A stretch of 64,000 nucleotides of DNA from Utricularia gibba (taxonomy: Eukaryota; Plantae; Magnoliophyta): contig NEEC01000011.1 of assembly GCA_002189035.1 (NCBI GenBank), positions 620,001 through 684,000 of the forward strand, read 5' to 3'. The position numbers were made by a program, and so were the translations under genes. This document shows positions 50,443-64,000 of this stretch, piece after piece (the stretch's first letter is position 1; each line of letters opens with the position of its first letter). The notes beneath the pieces were generated by a model. It was given only the letters and a program-made list of their open reading frames with translations, had not been told where the DNA came from and made no database searches.

Positions 50443-53400
50443 TAGCAGTGCTTAATTGTTTTGTGTTTTTAGTTGATGCATTTTTGTTCTTCTAGTGCAG
50501 GTAATCTCACTTTCTTCCCGGAAATTGAGAGATCTATCAGCAAGAACAAGGTCAGAGATAAGGAAGAGAGCAGATTGAGGTAGCTCCGACCCGAGACTAA
50601 CAGCAATTTCAGAATGGCAGAACTAGAGATGACCTTAAACGAATTAGATGCTGCTGATCACACTTACAGGAGTCTGTGCATCAGATTTCCAGATGATGGA
50701 GCAAACGAGCTGAAACCGGCGATGATCGATTTTTTGCGCAATTTCTATGGAAAAATTGGAGAAAACCCCTATGAGCATCGAGACAATGAAACACCGGTAT
50801 GAACATCACTTAAGGGAGCTGGAATGACTGAAGATTCAATTTGTTTGTGAGCCTTCCAGTTTACTTTCAAAGGAGGAGCCAAAACATGGTTCAACTCACT
50901 AAGACCTGGAAGGATAATCGATTGGGCTAGAATGAAGAAGGTGTTTTTGAGCAAATATTTTCCAGCTTCCAAGGCTAAAGGGATAAGAAAAGAGATTAGT
51001 GATGTTGAACAAATGAGTGGAGAATCACTGCACGAATATTGGGAGAGATTTAATCATAGTTTTCATACCAATGCCTTGGTCAAATACTTCTATGATGGAT
51101 TGTTCTACACTGACTGAGCCATGGTAGGATTGGCGGCGGGAGGATTTTTAAGGAAAAAGACACCAAACCTCAAACAAGAGAATGTATGAAGTGGAGAGCA
51201 AGCTCAGGCTAAGAACATGCCATTCGGGAACTATCACAGAAGAGGGCATGTTGGGGACAAGTGCCTAGATTTATTTCAAGAGGAGAATGTCAAAGATATG
51301 TGATATTTGGAGCCTCAGAAGAGGAAGAAATATGATCCATATTCAAATACTTACAACCAAGGTTGGAGTGATCATCCAGTTTTCGTTGGAGCAACAATGA
51401 AAATTTTTACAAAGGGGAGAGCTCAACCATGGGGCAGCAAAATGTTCAGGAGCAAAGATCGTATCAAGTGCCTCCATTTCGAAAGCAAAATCAACAGAAC
51501 CAGCAGCCATTCCAAGCCTCAAATCAAGGCAATGCTGGAGGGAATTTTGGAAATTCATTGGAAGAAATGTTGAAGACATTCATGGTGCAATCAATCAAGA
51601 ATCAAGCTGAAAACCAACAAGCAATATGGAATTTGGAGGTTCAAGTAAGTCAATTGGCAGCAGAGCTTGGAGACCTGAAACAAAAAGGTAGCTTTCCATC
51701 TCAACCCAAGCCAAATCCAAATTCCAATGCAGGGTCGAACATCAGCGCCATGACACTTAGAAGTGGAAAAGAGAAACCTGGACGAGAATTAGTCCAAACT
51801 GAGACTAAGGAGAACGAAACATAAGAGTACGAAGTTGTTGTGCAAAGTGAAGATGGAATTAAAGTACTTCCAAAACCTATCACAGTGAAGGTGACCCAGC
51901 CTCCTTTTCCAGGAAGACTGAAGTTAAAGGAAGAGCAAACTGAGAGGGAAAAAATGTTGAAAGTATAGGGGAACACTCAATTGAATTTAACTCTTTTGGA
52001 GTATATTGATCTTGTACCAAAGAGTGTGAAATATTTGAAGTAGTTGTGTATGTCTAAACCAAAGCTAAAAGAGAAGGGGAAGTTGAAATTGAGTGAAAGC
52101 TGCTCAACACTTTTAACATGGAAGTTACCCGAGAAACGTAAGGATCTGGGTACATTTTTTATCCCATGTAAAATAGGAGATTTGTGCATCACGAGAGCTA
52201 TAGCAGACCTGGGAGCTTCTATAAATGTCATGTCGAATTCTGTTTATGAGGCACTTAGGTTGGGACCTCTGCAAGTGTCAGATGTACAAATTGAGCCAGC
52301 AGACAGGAGAGTGATCTCTCCCAAAGGCTTTGTTGAGGATGTTTTGGTGAAAATTGAGCATCTTGTATTCCCAGCTGATTTTTATGTGGTAAACATGCCC
52401 ACTAGAGGATCAAAGGACACAAGAATTATCTTGGGGAGACCATTCTTGAGCACTTCTAATGTTATTATCAACGTGAAAATGGGAACCATTGAGCTTTCTT
52501 TTGATGAAGACAAAATCACACAAGACATGAAGGATGTCAAGAATTATCCCAGTTATTTTGAGAGCATTTGTGTTGTGGATGTCATGCATGGACTCATTGA
52601 GGAGCATTTGAAGAAAGAAATTCAAGAAAAAGAAGAGGCTCATGAAGAATATTTATTTGCGAAATTGGAAGTTGAAGAAAAATTCGAGCAATTAAATATG
52701 GCGCAAGCCAAGACTCAGGAAGAGAGGTTAGCTGAATTGAAACCATTGCCTAACTTTTTAAAATATGTTTTCCTTGACGCAGAGTTCAGGAACCCGGTCA
52801 TCATCTCCACTGGTTTGAGCTCAGACCAAGAGTCACAACTGCTCGAGGTGCTGAAAAGAAACAAGAAGACGATAGGTTGGACGCTTGATGACATTGAGGG
52901 GATCTGCCCATCCATATGCCTGCAAAGAATTTTCCTAGAGAATGGTGCAAAATTAGTTCGTCAACCTCAGAGATGCCTCAACCCAAACATGATGGAGGCG
53001 GTAAGAAAAGAAATTGTCAAACTTCATGATGCAGAGATTATTTACTCTATCACAGATAGTGAATGGGTGAGCCCCCATTCAGGTTGTGCCCAAGAAGATA
53101 GGGATGACTGTGGTGGAAAATGAGAAAGGTGAGCTTGTTCCACAAAGGGTGCAAACTGGATGGCGGGATTGCATAGATTAACAAAAATTGAATGAAGTGA
53201 CAAAGAAATACTATTATCCATTGCCTTTTATTGACCAGATGTTGGAAAAATTGGCTGGAAAATCATTTTATTGTTTTTTGGATGGATATTCATGATATAA
53301 TCAGGTTTCTATTTCAAGGCAGGACCAAGACAAGACAACCTTCACATGCCCATTCGAAACTTATGCTTATAGGAGGATGCCTTTTGGACTGTGTAACGCT

Positions 53401-53684
53401 CCAGCCACATTTCTGAAGTGTATGACCAGTATTTTCTCTAATTTTGGTGATGATTTTATTCAAATATTTACGGAAGATTTTACGGTATATGGAGAAAATT
53501 TTGAGTCGTGTTTAGACCATTTAGATCAGGTTTTGAAGAAATGTGTGGAAAAGAACTTAATTTTAAATGCTTAAAAATTTCATTTAATGGTGGTGATCAT
53601 CGAATTCTTTTAGGACATGTGATTTCTAAAAAGGGGATTGAGGTGGATAAGGAGATTTTTTCTTATCCTAATGATGTGAAAGGT

Positions 53685-54338
53685 TGTTGCGTGTCATTTC
53701 CTCAACAAATTTTAAATATTTAAAATGCAAAATACAAAAAGTGTAGTACAAGTATCGATCTCAAGGAGTATTTTTTCGTTAAAAGTGTTTGTAAGAAACT
53801 TTCACAAAATCTCACGGTTTTGCAAAAGGGGGTTTTTCAGATGCAGAAATAAAAGATTCAACCAAAGTGTTGGGCCTTAACTACGGGACACAGTTCCTGG
53901 GAATGAGATTCCGTGTCCTTCCTTCATCCATCCTTGCCTTGGTTTTCACTGATTTCTTCCGAATAGCTGGTTATAGGAGCAATGAATAGCCTACTCTCCC
54001 TTACGCTCTGGTTGACAAGGAGGCACGGGAATAGCCTCATGTGATTCTCCCTTGGACGATTAGGAAGTCAAGAGGATTGCCTTCAAAACTAAATTGCGCG
54101 TGTGTGCCTAGCTGTTGCCAATGGCCAGTCCGAGGTCACAACCTTTCCTCATGTGATAGTCTCTTGACATGTCTCGGTCAAAGAGCAAAAAAAAAGACAA
54201 AAAATATATACAAAATAAGAAAATGAGAATTTTCTAAGGAAATACAATTACTTATCAGTATAATTCCTAATTGGATGACTTAATACTAGATTAATACATA
54301 ATAATACCTAATAATAAACTAGAAAATGACACTTAACA
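53685..54338 (-). mobile_element. Solo LTR (654 bp) inserted in the Athila RT
   Basis: Termini TGTTGCGTGTCATTT / AAATGACACTTAACA form a 13/15 inverted repeat. Flanks are AAGGT / AAGAT (4/5 TSD). Removing it restores PNDVKGIRSFLGH. Confidence 0.8.
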
Positions 54339-56255
54339 AAGATATTAGATCTTTTTTAGGACATATTGGTTTTATAGGAGGTTTATTAAAAATTTTTTGA
54401 AAATTGCCTTGCCTCTTAGTAAGTTGTTGCATAATGATGTTGCCTTTGATTTTGATGATTCATTTAAGCAAGCTTTCAATTCTTTGAAAAAGCCTATTAC
54501 TACTACACCTGTGATGCAACCACTCGATTGGAGGTATGATTTTGATATCATGTGTGATGCAATTAATCATGTTATGGGTGTTGTTTTAGGACAGAAAAAT
54601 TGAAGGAAAGCACCATGTTATCTCTTATGCTTCAAAAACCTTGGATGAGGCCAAGAAAAATTATACCATCATTGAAAGGAATTTCTTGCTGTTATTTTTT
54701 CCTTGGAAAAATTTTGTTCTTATCTTTTAGGTAGCAAAGTGGTGGTATACATTGATCATTTGGCGGGGAAGCACTTGATGGAGAAGGACTCCAAACAAAG
54801 ACTTATTAGATGGGTCCTTCTCATCCAAGAGTTTGATGTTAAGATAAAGGATAGGCCTAGGAGGGAGAACCTTGTGGCTGATCATCTCAGCAGGATTGAA
54901 GGAAGTGAAGGAGATGGAATCATCACTAAAACGTTTCCAGATGAACAGTTAATCTTAGTTCAAACTACTATACGTGAACCGTGGTTTGCTGATCTTGCAA
55001 ACTTTGTTTCAACAGGAGTGATGCCACTTGGAATGGACTTTCATGCGAGGAACAAGCTGAAAAGTGATGCCAAATACTACATATGGGATGATCCATATTT
55101 ATGGAAGCCATGCAATGATGGCGTCATTCGAAGGTGTGTTTATGAAATAGAAATTCCAAAAATAATTGATTCTTGTCATGCAGGACCTTTTGGTGGCCAT
55201 CATGGACCAAACCAAACAACTAGGAAAATTCTAGATTGTGGATTTTATTGGCCTCATATTTTTCAGAGATTGTTACGCTTATTGCAAAGATAGTGAACCA
55301 TGCCAAAAGGTAGGAAATTTATCAAATAGAAATGAAATACCTCAGCAACGAATCTTGACATGTGAATTATTTGATGTATGAGGTATAGATTTTATTGGAC
55401 CCTTTCCTACTTCAGCAGGTTACAATTACAATTTGGTTGCGGTTGATTATGTTTCCAAGTGGATTGAGGCAATCCCTACACGGACCGATGATGCAAAGAC
55501 TGTGATTAATTTCTTGCGCAACAATATCTTCACAATATATGGAACTCCCAAGGCCCTGATCAGTGATAGGGGAACGCATTTTTACAATTAGGCCTTAAGG
55601 AGTGTTTGAAGCATTTCAATGTTTGGTACAAGCATTCTACAGCGTACCATCCACAAACCAATGGACAAACTGAAGTCTCCAACATGGAAATCAAACAAAT
55701 TGTGAACCCAAGCAGGAAGGACTGGAGAATGAGGTTAAAGGATGCACTTTGGGCTATCCAAATAGCATACAAGGCTCGCATTGGAACCTCACCATTTTGA
55801 TCGATTTGTATATGGGAAGCCTTGTAGACTACCAGCAGCTCTTGAGCACAAGGCCTGGTAGGCAATGACGAAGTTGAACTTGGACAGGAACCTTAGTATA
55901 AGTCACATGAAGCTCCAACTTTCAAAACTGGAGAAGTTGAGAAATGATGCGTATGAGAGCTCAAAACTATTCAAGGCTCGGACTAAGAGTTATTATGACG
56001 CGCATATCTCTAGGAGAAATGTTGAGATTGGTCAAAAAGTCTTATTATTCCAATCCAGGTTGAAATTGCATCTTGGGAAGTTGAAATCAAGATAGATAGG
56101 GCCTTTTATTGTGAAGGAAATTTTTCCAAATGGTGCAGTGGAGATATTTGATGGAGATTCAAACAAAGGATTTTGGGTAAATGATGCAAAATCCCTGGTG
56201 CTTAAAACGAATTGAAGGAGCAATTTCTTTGATCCTCATTTAAACCGTTTCCTCT

Positions 56256-58091
56256 GTGATTTTTCTGCAAAATTGCAGCAGTAAAAACAAAATGCATGCA
56301 ACAAGAAATGGAATAAAAGCCACAAAGGAGAGACCCAGCTGGAAGAAAATGCAAATAGAGCAGCCCAAGGAAGTTGCTGGAGATGCTGAAGCAGAAATCA
56401 ATGTTGCTACAACCGTAGAAGAAGGGGATCCGCCTACTATTCCAGCCACAAAAAATTTCAAAGGGGTGTACGTGATCCTTCAAGCGGCTGAGATGGGAGA
56501 GTCCTCTGACAACCCCATCTTAGAGCATGTGAGCCTCCAACAAAGATTGAAGGACATACAGAAAAGTTTCAAGAAGAGGAAAGCATCAATGAAAGAACAA
56601 TCCTCAGAACCACAAGTCTTGACTAAGAAGAAGAAAGGGAGAGCAGGAAGAAAAAGCAGAGAACACCGTTGGAGGAACCTGCTCCGGAAGAAAAAGATGT
56701 CACGCCCGAGGAACCACGAGCTTCTATTCTAGAGAAAAACACTGAAAAATCGGGAGATCAGGTGGAGGCAGTCGAAGAAGAACTAATTGCTGAAGAGGAA
56801 GTTTTACTGGACAGAAGTGGGTGCAAAAATAAAGAAAATCCGAATAAGGAAACTGAGCGTGCAGAGGAGGAAGCAGGCAGTCATTCAAGAGCTTAACAGA
56901 AAAGGAAAGCAAAGTTACAATCAAAATAAAGAAATTTTTACTTAAATTGGTGCCTTTGTACGTGAAAGCAGGGAAATTTGCGCACGAGAAGGAGAAATTC
57001 CAGAGGCAAAAGACGCGCAAGGAGATACCATACTTCAAGCATCACACAAACATGTTGAACACCCGGTACTTGACCTTCACAGAAGAAATACATGCTGATT
57101 GCTACGGTGAGGTCAAAGGTGCAAAGGTAACACCATGTCGTCATATTGATCACGATATTCTAGTGGAATTAGGAATTGCTGATAGAGTCTCTTCCCTGTT
57201 TGAAGGCAGTTCATGAATTTGTTTGAGATAAAATTTCCTGTGTACATTGAACTATCTTACAAATTTGCTGCCACTTTCGTGTATGAAATCCCTAAAACTG
57301 TTCTAGACCCTGCTACTATCGCTTTTAGATTGATGGGTGTTGAATTTTATTTTTCATTGGCTTAATGGAACGTAGCTCTAGGATTTTGTTCAAAACATGA
57401 TGTAGATTCTCATGAGTTTGCTGCATCCCCTTTTGACTATCCTGATGAATTCGATGCTGAGGAAATTTATGCAATTCTGACTGACCAGCATGCTATAGAA
57501 TTTAAGGCAAAAGGGACTAAGGCAGACTTGTTTGTTGATCCGGTTATGCGTTATGTTCATGTCCTTGTTATCACAACACTTTTTGAACGAACTATAGGAT
57601 TCAATTCTCTTTATAAGCATGAATCATTTGTCATGTGGTGCATCATGAACAAACGCTTCTTGAACTTAGGTGCTATGCTAGCTAAAGAAATGAATAGGGA
57701 CTATAGACGCATGAAAATTCAACACTTGAGTTTTGGCAATATTATCACGCATCTTGCTCACACTTTATGTCCCAAAAAACTGTCTGAATTAGAATTTTTC
57801 CATATTGAAACTAAGACAGTGCCTTGGGACCCATATTTCTTGAAAGTTGCTGGACAAATCAAAGCCCAAGCAAGTGGGTTTGTTTTTAGATCTTTGGCAG
57901 GTTTGTGCGGAAATTCTACCCCTGGAGAAGGCAACTCAAATGCTCCTTCTCCTGCAACCTCAAAGCACAACAACAAGGCATACTTATTTCACAAAAAAAT
58001 GATCAAGGATTTGAGCAAAAAAATGTCTGATTTGATTGGAGAGATGCAAGAGCTGAAACAGGGAGTGATTGACTCCTCCCTCAATAAGTAA
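56256..58091 (+). pseudogene. Athila additional (env-like / plant transposon protein) ORF
   Basis: Fragmented ORFs after integrase: acidic/basic N-terminus, then RHIDHDILVELGIADRVSSLFEG...VYIELSYKFAATF...LSFGNIITHLA. Its position and pattern are typical of the Athila extra ORF. Confidence 0.7.
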
Positions 58092-58997
58092 ACTATTAGT
58101 AAACTTATTTCGCATAGCTTTTTTTTATTTTTATTTTTTTTTTAGTTTTAATTTTCCTTAGGATCCTGTTCGTGTATGTGTCTATTAGTCCATGCTAGGA
58201 ATAGTTGAGTGCCTGTTTGCTTGTTTTGTTTAATGTCAGTAAGCTGCGTCAAATGGCCATATGATTCAAAAAAACAACTCTGATATGATTTGGATATATG
58301 AGCTTTCTATGCCTTTTATATTCCCAGGAGCATGTTTTTTTTTACCTTCCACTTTATGAGAGCATGTGCATGATTAGAGGAACTTAGGAACTGTAATCTA
58401 GGTTAGTTGTAATTGAGTTGTTAGACTTCAAAATCGTTTTGGGGATCGGTTGCCACCTTTGAAAAAAAAAAGAAAAGAAAGGAAAAGTAGCATCGAAAAA
58501 AATGATGAGATCAAAGTCCTAAAAAGCAGCACATAATAAAAAACCATGTGCGGACTCAATAAGTGGTGAATGGGTAAGATGGGATGGATTGATATGGAGG
58601 AGTAGGAGTCCTGGAGTTATAAGGTATGAGTGCTTGGCAAACACTCAGTGGTAGAAATGGCCATAACATTACACCCGGATGAGTCTAGAACAAGCTGCCC
58701 TTCAGTTTCAAAAAAGAAAAAAAAGAGACAAAAAAGGGGTTGGCAACCATACTGCTAAGTGATTTTGCACATTTGAGTGATAACATGACATGCATACCCG
58801 CACTCCTATAGCTCATGCATCTGAAATTTATCAAAATTGTTTATGTTCACCATTGGCGCTAACAAAGCTAGTTTTCTGTTAGTCTTAGCTAGGACTTGAG
58901 GACAAGTCTCGTGTCGTTGTAGCATAGTGTGATGACACACATTTTCCCTGAATTTTATAATACAAAAATAGTTATATTTTATTGTGGTTTACGTTAG

Positions 58998-60168
58998 TGA
59001 TAAACGAAAAATATTGCATGTCGTTAAAATGCAAATTTCTCCAATGAAATAAAACTTATAAACCTAATTCACATCAAATCATATGAAAAATATGAGCATA
59101 GTGGACTAGGACCGAACACAAGGAGCTAGGTGCTTGCTATGTAAAAGTCAATGCATGCATTCAATGTCATGTTAATAGATTTGGTCTTAACTAGGACTAA
59201 GACAAAGTTGCGATAAAATAAACTAAAGAAAAGTAATAAGTTCTAGAGTTCGGTTGTTTCTGGAATGGAATGGGTGATGCCTTGGGACTCATAGGGGATG
59301 TATGCTCATCATTAAACAAACTCACACAAACAAAAAATCATACAACTAACTCACAAGATCTAGGTCTACCCGGATTCTTGTTTTTCTCCCTAATCTTTGG
59401 TCTACCTCTAATTAGGGTTGTTAAGTTGGGTTTCACTACTTCCCCCTCTTGGATCTATCCTGGTTTGTTAAGGAAGTGGCGTGACTTATGGCTGTTTAGA
59501 TCTAAAGGTTGATTAACATGTTTCTCCCCTTTTTACCCCAAGATACCCCCCTAAGTACTTAGCCACTCATGCTTAAGGTAAACGAAAGTGGAAAAGAAAA
59601 CATCACCCACTGTGTGCTCATTTCACAGTCAAATACCAGAAATCAAACAAGCAAGTAATGTGAAGTGTCAACAAAAACTGAAAAACGTTACTAGCTACTC
59701 TTAGCTAGGAGTAATATTCTTCGAAGACAGAAAATAATCTTGAACTTCAACTTCGTTTGTCTTCCTTCTTCTTCCTCCCTAGAAAACATTCTCCCCATAA
59801 AATGTGTTTGTGAGTTTTCAAGGGGAGATCTGCCTTCTCTCTCCCGCTTTTCCTTCTTTTGTTCAAAATCTCTCTTTTTCCCTCCTTGGATTTTGTGTGT
59901 ACCAATTTGCAGACTTTTGGACTCATCTTCTGCCACTACACTGTGCGTATTCGGCTCCTTGGGATTTGTGTTGTGACCTGCTTAGCATTACTCAAATAAA
60001 ACAATTAGAAGGTTGGAACTAAATCACAGGTTTAGTCCCAACTAAGACTAAATTGACACTACTACGGTACTTATGTGCAAAAATATAAACTAGGCAATAA
60101 AACATAATTTTTGTAGCACAACATGAGTAAATTCCATGCATTGAGTTACTAAAAAATTTGTGTTATCA
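58998..60168 (-). mobile_element. Athila-like LTR (1171 bp, same family as 5806-6996) inserted into the host 3' LTR
   Basis: Minus-strand termini TGATAACAC...CGTTTATCA. 59000-59150 aligns in reverse complement with 6850-6996. The flanks GTTAG and GTGGC differ, so there is no TSD. Confidence 0.8.
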
Positions 60169-60246
60169 GTGGCCATGTTGTTTTCCGCCATAATGACCAT
60201 TTGGTGTGTAACTTTTGTGGATTTCTCGAGTGAGACGATAGATCTT

Positions 60247-60264
60247 GCCCCACGGTGGGCGCCA
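60247..60264 (-). promoter_or_regulatory. Tat PBS complementary to tRNA-Lys(CUU)
   Basis: Plus strand GCCCCACGGTGGGCGCCA equals the 3' 18 nt of plant tRNA-Lys(CUU) as I recall it, and lies 3 nt from the LTR. Confidence 0.85.
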
Positions 60265-60749
60265 AAATGTTTGGTTAAAAATCGGTATTCGGATAGAGGC
60301 CGACTTTCGGGTTATGGGTATGGCCGGATGCGTCGTATCCGGTTATGGTTTTAGTGTTTTACTTGGTACGGTTAACAGAGATAAATATAGACACAGATTT
60401 TTTACGTGAAAACCATCGGAGAAAAGAGGGTTTGGAGTCTGATCTTCTCTTCTTCAAGGTTTCTTATATTTATAAGAGAGGTTGGCTTGATCGAATTTTG
60501 AATTTTGTAGATGTCAACTACTTTCTATTCATGCTTTCTAATAACTGCCGACGACTCTGTCATTGTCGTAATTCGGTTACTCTTCAGACCGTGTAAAATG
60601 GCCGTTGCTGTCAACTCTGACACTTATCGGCTTGTCAGCCGGCGCCAGGCTGTCAGAACATCTTTTGGTTCTTTTTCAGTAGCTGATTAACCACATCCGA
60701 TTTGTACCCCTTTACAATGTAATAGAGCTATTTTAAATATTGTATCTTA

Positions 60750-62260
60750 GAGTAAGAGGGAAAAGTTCAATTGGTTTATTGTGTCTAGAAGAAAGTATTG
60801 CTACCTGTCTCACTTGAGAATATTCCTATACTTCCTTTTTTTGTTTTTCTATTGTAAAGACAAAGAGTAAAATATTCCAATTTCGTTAAAGAATCAGACT
60901 TGATGCTTTTCAGTACCCAAAAATAATAAAGCTTTGGAATAAGCATGCGTAATCAAATGAAACAAAGCACTTCAAAAATCATCTTTTTCTTTTGTATTGT
61001 ATATTTGAATTGTCAATTGAGTCTTTGCTGTTAAGTAATGTTGTGGAGCAGAGCTGTCAAAGAGGATGATTGTTCTCCCAAAAGTTGAGATATTCACGAC
61101 CAAGAAGGACTGGATTCAGCTGCTGTTTGTCAACTGGAAGTATCAAGAAAATGAATTAAATGCGGTTAGGTACGAACAAAGAAATTCCGACAAGAACCAG
61201 GAGTAAAAAGTGTAATGGGATGCGTCTATTTATCTATAAACGGCCAAGGAATACTTAATTCAAAATAAGTAAACAGAATTCCATACTTGAATTCATAATA
61301 TAAAAAATCAATTAATGAAAGTGATTCTCTTTAATCCAGTTTTCAAAAAAAAATCCCAATTGTATCGAACTTAATCAATCAGTAGGAGTACTCATTGAAT
61401 TTTACATGTGTATTTATGAGCTCCGTTTAAAGCACCAACTACTTACACTTGGATTTATTAGATTTGTCGAGTAGACCTTGTTGTTGTCAGAATTCTGAAT
61501 TCATGAATCCAACTTTTTAAGTTCCAAGAATCGAACAAGGTTTTGGGCAAGATGTTTTCCACTCTTCTTTGATACGTCTTAGGACTCTGAAGGGCATGTT
61601 TACCAAAACAAATATGATTTTCTCAAGCAAAAATATTCTTTTTCTGAAGCGAACCTCAAATATTCTGGGATCAATTTTGATTTATAGAAAACCTTTTCTT
61701 ATGTATGAATTGATCTTATTCCATTCCTATTCCCAGTTATGGTAAGACCATGGGCAGTTGAGACATTAAAAGAAAAGATTAGAATCAAAGCCCGCTTTTA
61801 AAAGGTATTGCATAAAATAATGGAAAATATATTATCCATCTCTCCACATAAAATATACGGATGAGAATAAACTTATATCTTTAAATAAATACCGTATCAT
61901 TTGATTGAATAGTTGACCCCACCCCTTTTAGACGAATAGTGTTCAGGTGCCCCCATAGAATTAAGAATCAATTAGCTCGAAAAAAATTATAAAAAAAAAC
62001 TCAGGAAAACATATTGAATGCTGAAATTACGCATAGAATTTCTTGATCCTTCCTTTCACCAGTCTTATAGGCTGAGGAGCCTATGAAATTACGCATAGAA
62101 ATTGTCGGATTTCTATAAAAGAGTCTCCAGAAATATTTTACGGGGATTCGTTTTTTAACTATATAACTAACTATTGATAACCCTAAAGAAATCTGACGGG
62201 AACACTGACTAAAAATTTCTGGCTCTTTTTTCAAAATAGCATCTGTCAAGGTTTTGTATT
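60750..62260. other. Possible decayed plastid-derived mosaic (ycf2/rpl20-like traces)
   Basis: Composition and short segments are reminiscent of plastid ORFs (LLVLVG...VP near 61200; SSAYKTGERK near 62070). No unambiguous motif was found. Confidence 0.3.
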
Positions 62261-64000
62261 TAGTAAATAAGAATTGATTGGATATTCTTTGTAAAATAAC
62301 ACGTCACAAAAAATAAAATAATTTTGATAATTACTTTTATTCACTCATTCTATTCCGTTATTATATGTGGATTGTTTTAATTATTTCAATTTTCAATTAA
62401 CAATTCAAAACAACGTTTTATTGATTATAATAGAAACTATTTCATTTTAGAACTAATTTAACTCACTTAAATACAGAAAACATTAATATTTCATTACAAT
62501 TTAAATTATTTATTTATAATTTATAATACAAGTTGATTTAATTACAAATATATTACAAATGGTTATAGTTATTCAAAATAAAAAATAATTTACTTAAATG
62601 ATTTGCATATCAAAATCAATAGTTTTTATTTATTTACAATTTATAATATATTTTCAATTAATTACAACATATTAAAAATACCTAGATTTATTCATTTTAA
62701 AGAAGATTGGTGAATAAGTTTTAGAAATAATAATTATTATGGTTGTTTTTTATTTAATATTTTTTATATTTTTTCAAAAGAGTATTTTTTGGTTATAAAA
62801 AATTGAATGCATTACCTATATGTTATAGGATTTAATAGTATACTTTTTCCAAGAAAATGTTATATAACAATTTATTTTTAACACCACTTACAAAATAAGA
62901 AATTTCTTAGGACATCATAATAATACCAAATAAGTCAATTTTACAATAAAAAAAATAACATTGTTGTTCTCTCTTATTTTAATAATATGGTTGTTTCTTC
63001 TTTTGAATTTTATAATTTTTTAAAAAACATGATATTGTCTTTAAAAAATTGGAAGCAGCACCTACCCATCAGATGATTTCGTCGGAAGTTTCACACAAAA
63101 ATAATGCAGAATGAGCTGATATTAATGCCATCTATGTAATAAGTAATTTGATAAGAGTTCAATATAATAATATAAAATAAGTCATCTTTACAAGAAAAAA
63201 ACCAATATTATTGCTTTTTTGGAATATGTCAGATATTTAGATATAGGGTATATGTATCACTGACTGATGGTGATTCTCCAAGTGCATAGAAACCGTCAAA
63301 GTAATAAAATAAAATCGTATCCACAGAGAATTATTATTGAAATTTTCTTTTTCAAATAAAGACTTAAAAAGATTGAAAACAAAAGAAAGATTTTGTTTTC
63401 AAAACAATAAGAAAAGTGACATTGGATCTAAAATCCACCTTACTTTAAACTCGCCCTTGCGTGTGTGCAAACCTTGAGAACTGAGCTGCTTGCGCAAGCT
63501 TTGGGAGTGTTATGCTAAAATAGTGCTACCCGGTGACCGTTATAGCATCGTCCCTTGTTTTTGAGATTATGGAATCAACCATGCCACCAGAGCTATTTTA
63601 CCTCTTGTGATAACCCATGTTTTCCGCACTCCCAAATCTAACCCCTACACCTCACACCTCGCAGACAATTTAAACAAAATGTGCCTTACCAATGATGTCC
63701 GCTTCAAGCCCTGCTCCTTAGGTACTTAAGACCAACCTTTGATTCTCCCATACCCCCTTAGGGTTACATGGTACTAAAGAGCAGGTTAGTAAAGAACACG
63801 TTGCGAAAAAAAAGAATCAAACCACAATTTAAATGTCGAATAGTATAGTAAAGCAGTCACACGAGCAGGACTTGTGCAAGCAAGGCTTCACCGCAGATCC
63901 TTAGCCGCAAGTGCGTACACACACAAACTCCACTCTAATATGAAAATAGACACAAAAATAGGAAAAAATACAAAGGAAAAGTGATCAAAGACGTCTCTAA

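Larger units (their letters stand above)
49074..58997 (+). mobile_element. Athila-type Ty3/gypsy element nested in the Tat gag/protease region: 5' LTR 49074-50423, 3' LTR remnant 58930-58997
   Basis: Both LTR starts match (TGATGACA.ACATTTT...gtggttta.gttag). Domains: gag fragments, protease ADLGASINVM, RT MPFGLCNAPATF, RNase H MCDA, integrase WDDPYLW...CHAGPFGGH. Many stops. Confidence 0.93.
43214..60716 (-). mobile_element. Tat/Retand-type Ty3/gypsy element, internally deleted and interrupted by nested insertions. LTRs 60268-60716 (5') and 43214-43744 (3').
   Basis: The two LTRs are homologous but diverged, with an indel of about 80 bp. Minus-strand domains: protease RRILIDQGSSCNIM (48719-48904), RT tail GKFLGHYVS, RNase H, integrase WGVDIMGPF (47345-47884), and NWEGPYRI (46846-47031). 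No clean TSD. Confidence 0.85.

Noticed and set aside
63460-64000. LTR-like sequence at the window end
   Set aside because: It resembles gypsy LTR composition, but no termini or TSD are visible inside the window.

Overview
This 64-kb window is plant (probably eudicot) nuclear DNA, AT-rich and dominated by transposable elements. The only near-intact host gene is a CC-NB-ARC-LRR (NLR) immune receptor on the minus strand (about 16.0-19.3 kb). It has an unusual second C-terminal LRR module, a premature stop, and an inverted stand-alone copy of that module next to it. Around it lie a decayed PIF/Harbinger element with an adjacent FCP1/NIF-phosphatase-like remnant, and a MuDR element with a Ulp1-like remnant. 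There are five Ty1/copia copies or fragments; one is young (TSD GAAAC, about 99% identical LTRs) and has a tRNA-Leu-type primer binding site. A minus-strand Tat/Retand-type Ty3/gypsy element hosts a nested Athila element and solo LTRs. Several solo LTRs retain target-site duplications, and there are old plastid-derived fragments (psaC-ndhD, ndhH, rpoC2). No rRNA, tRNA gene or CRISPR array is supported. All assignments come from motifs I recognised by eye; no database searches were run, and boundaries without a TSD are approximate.
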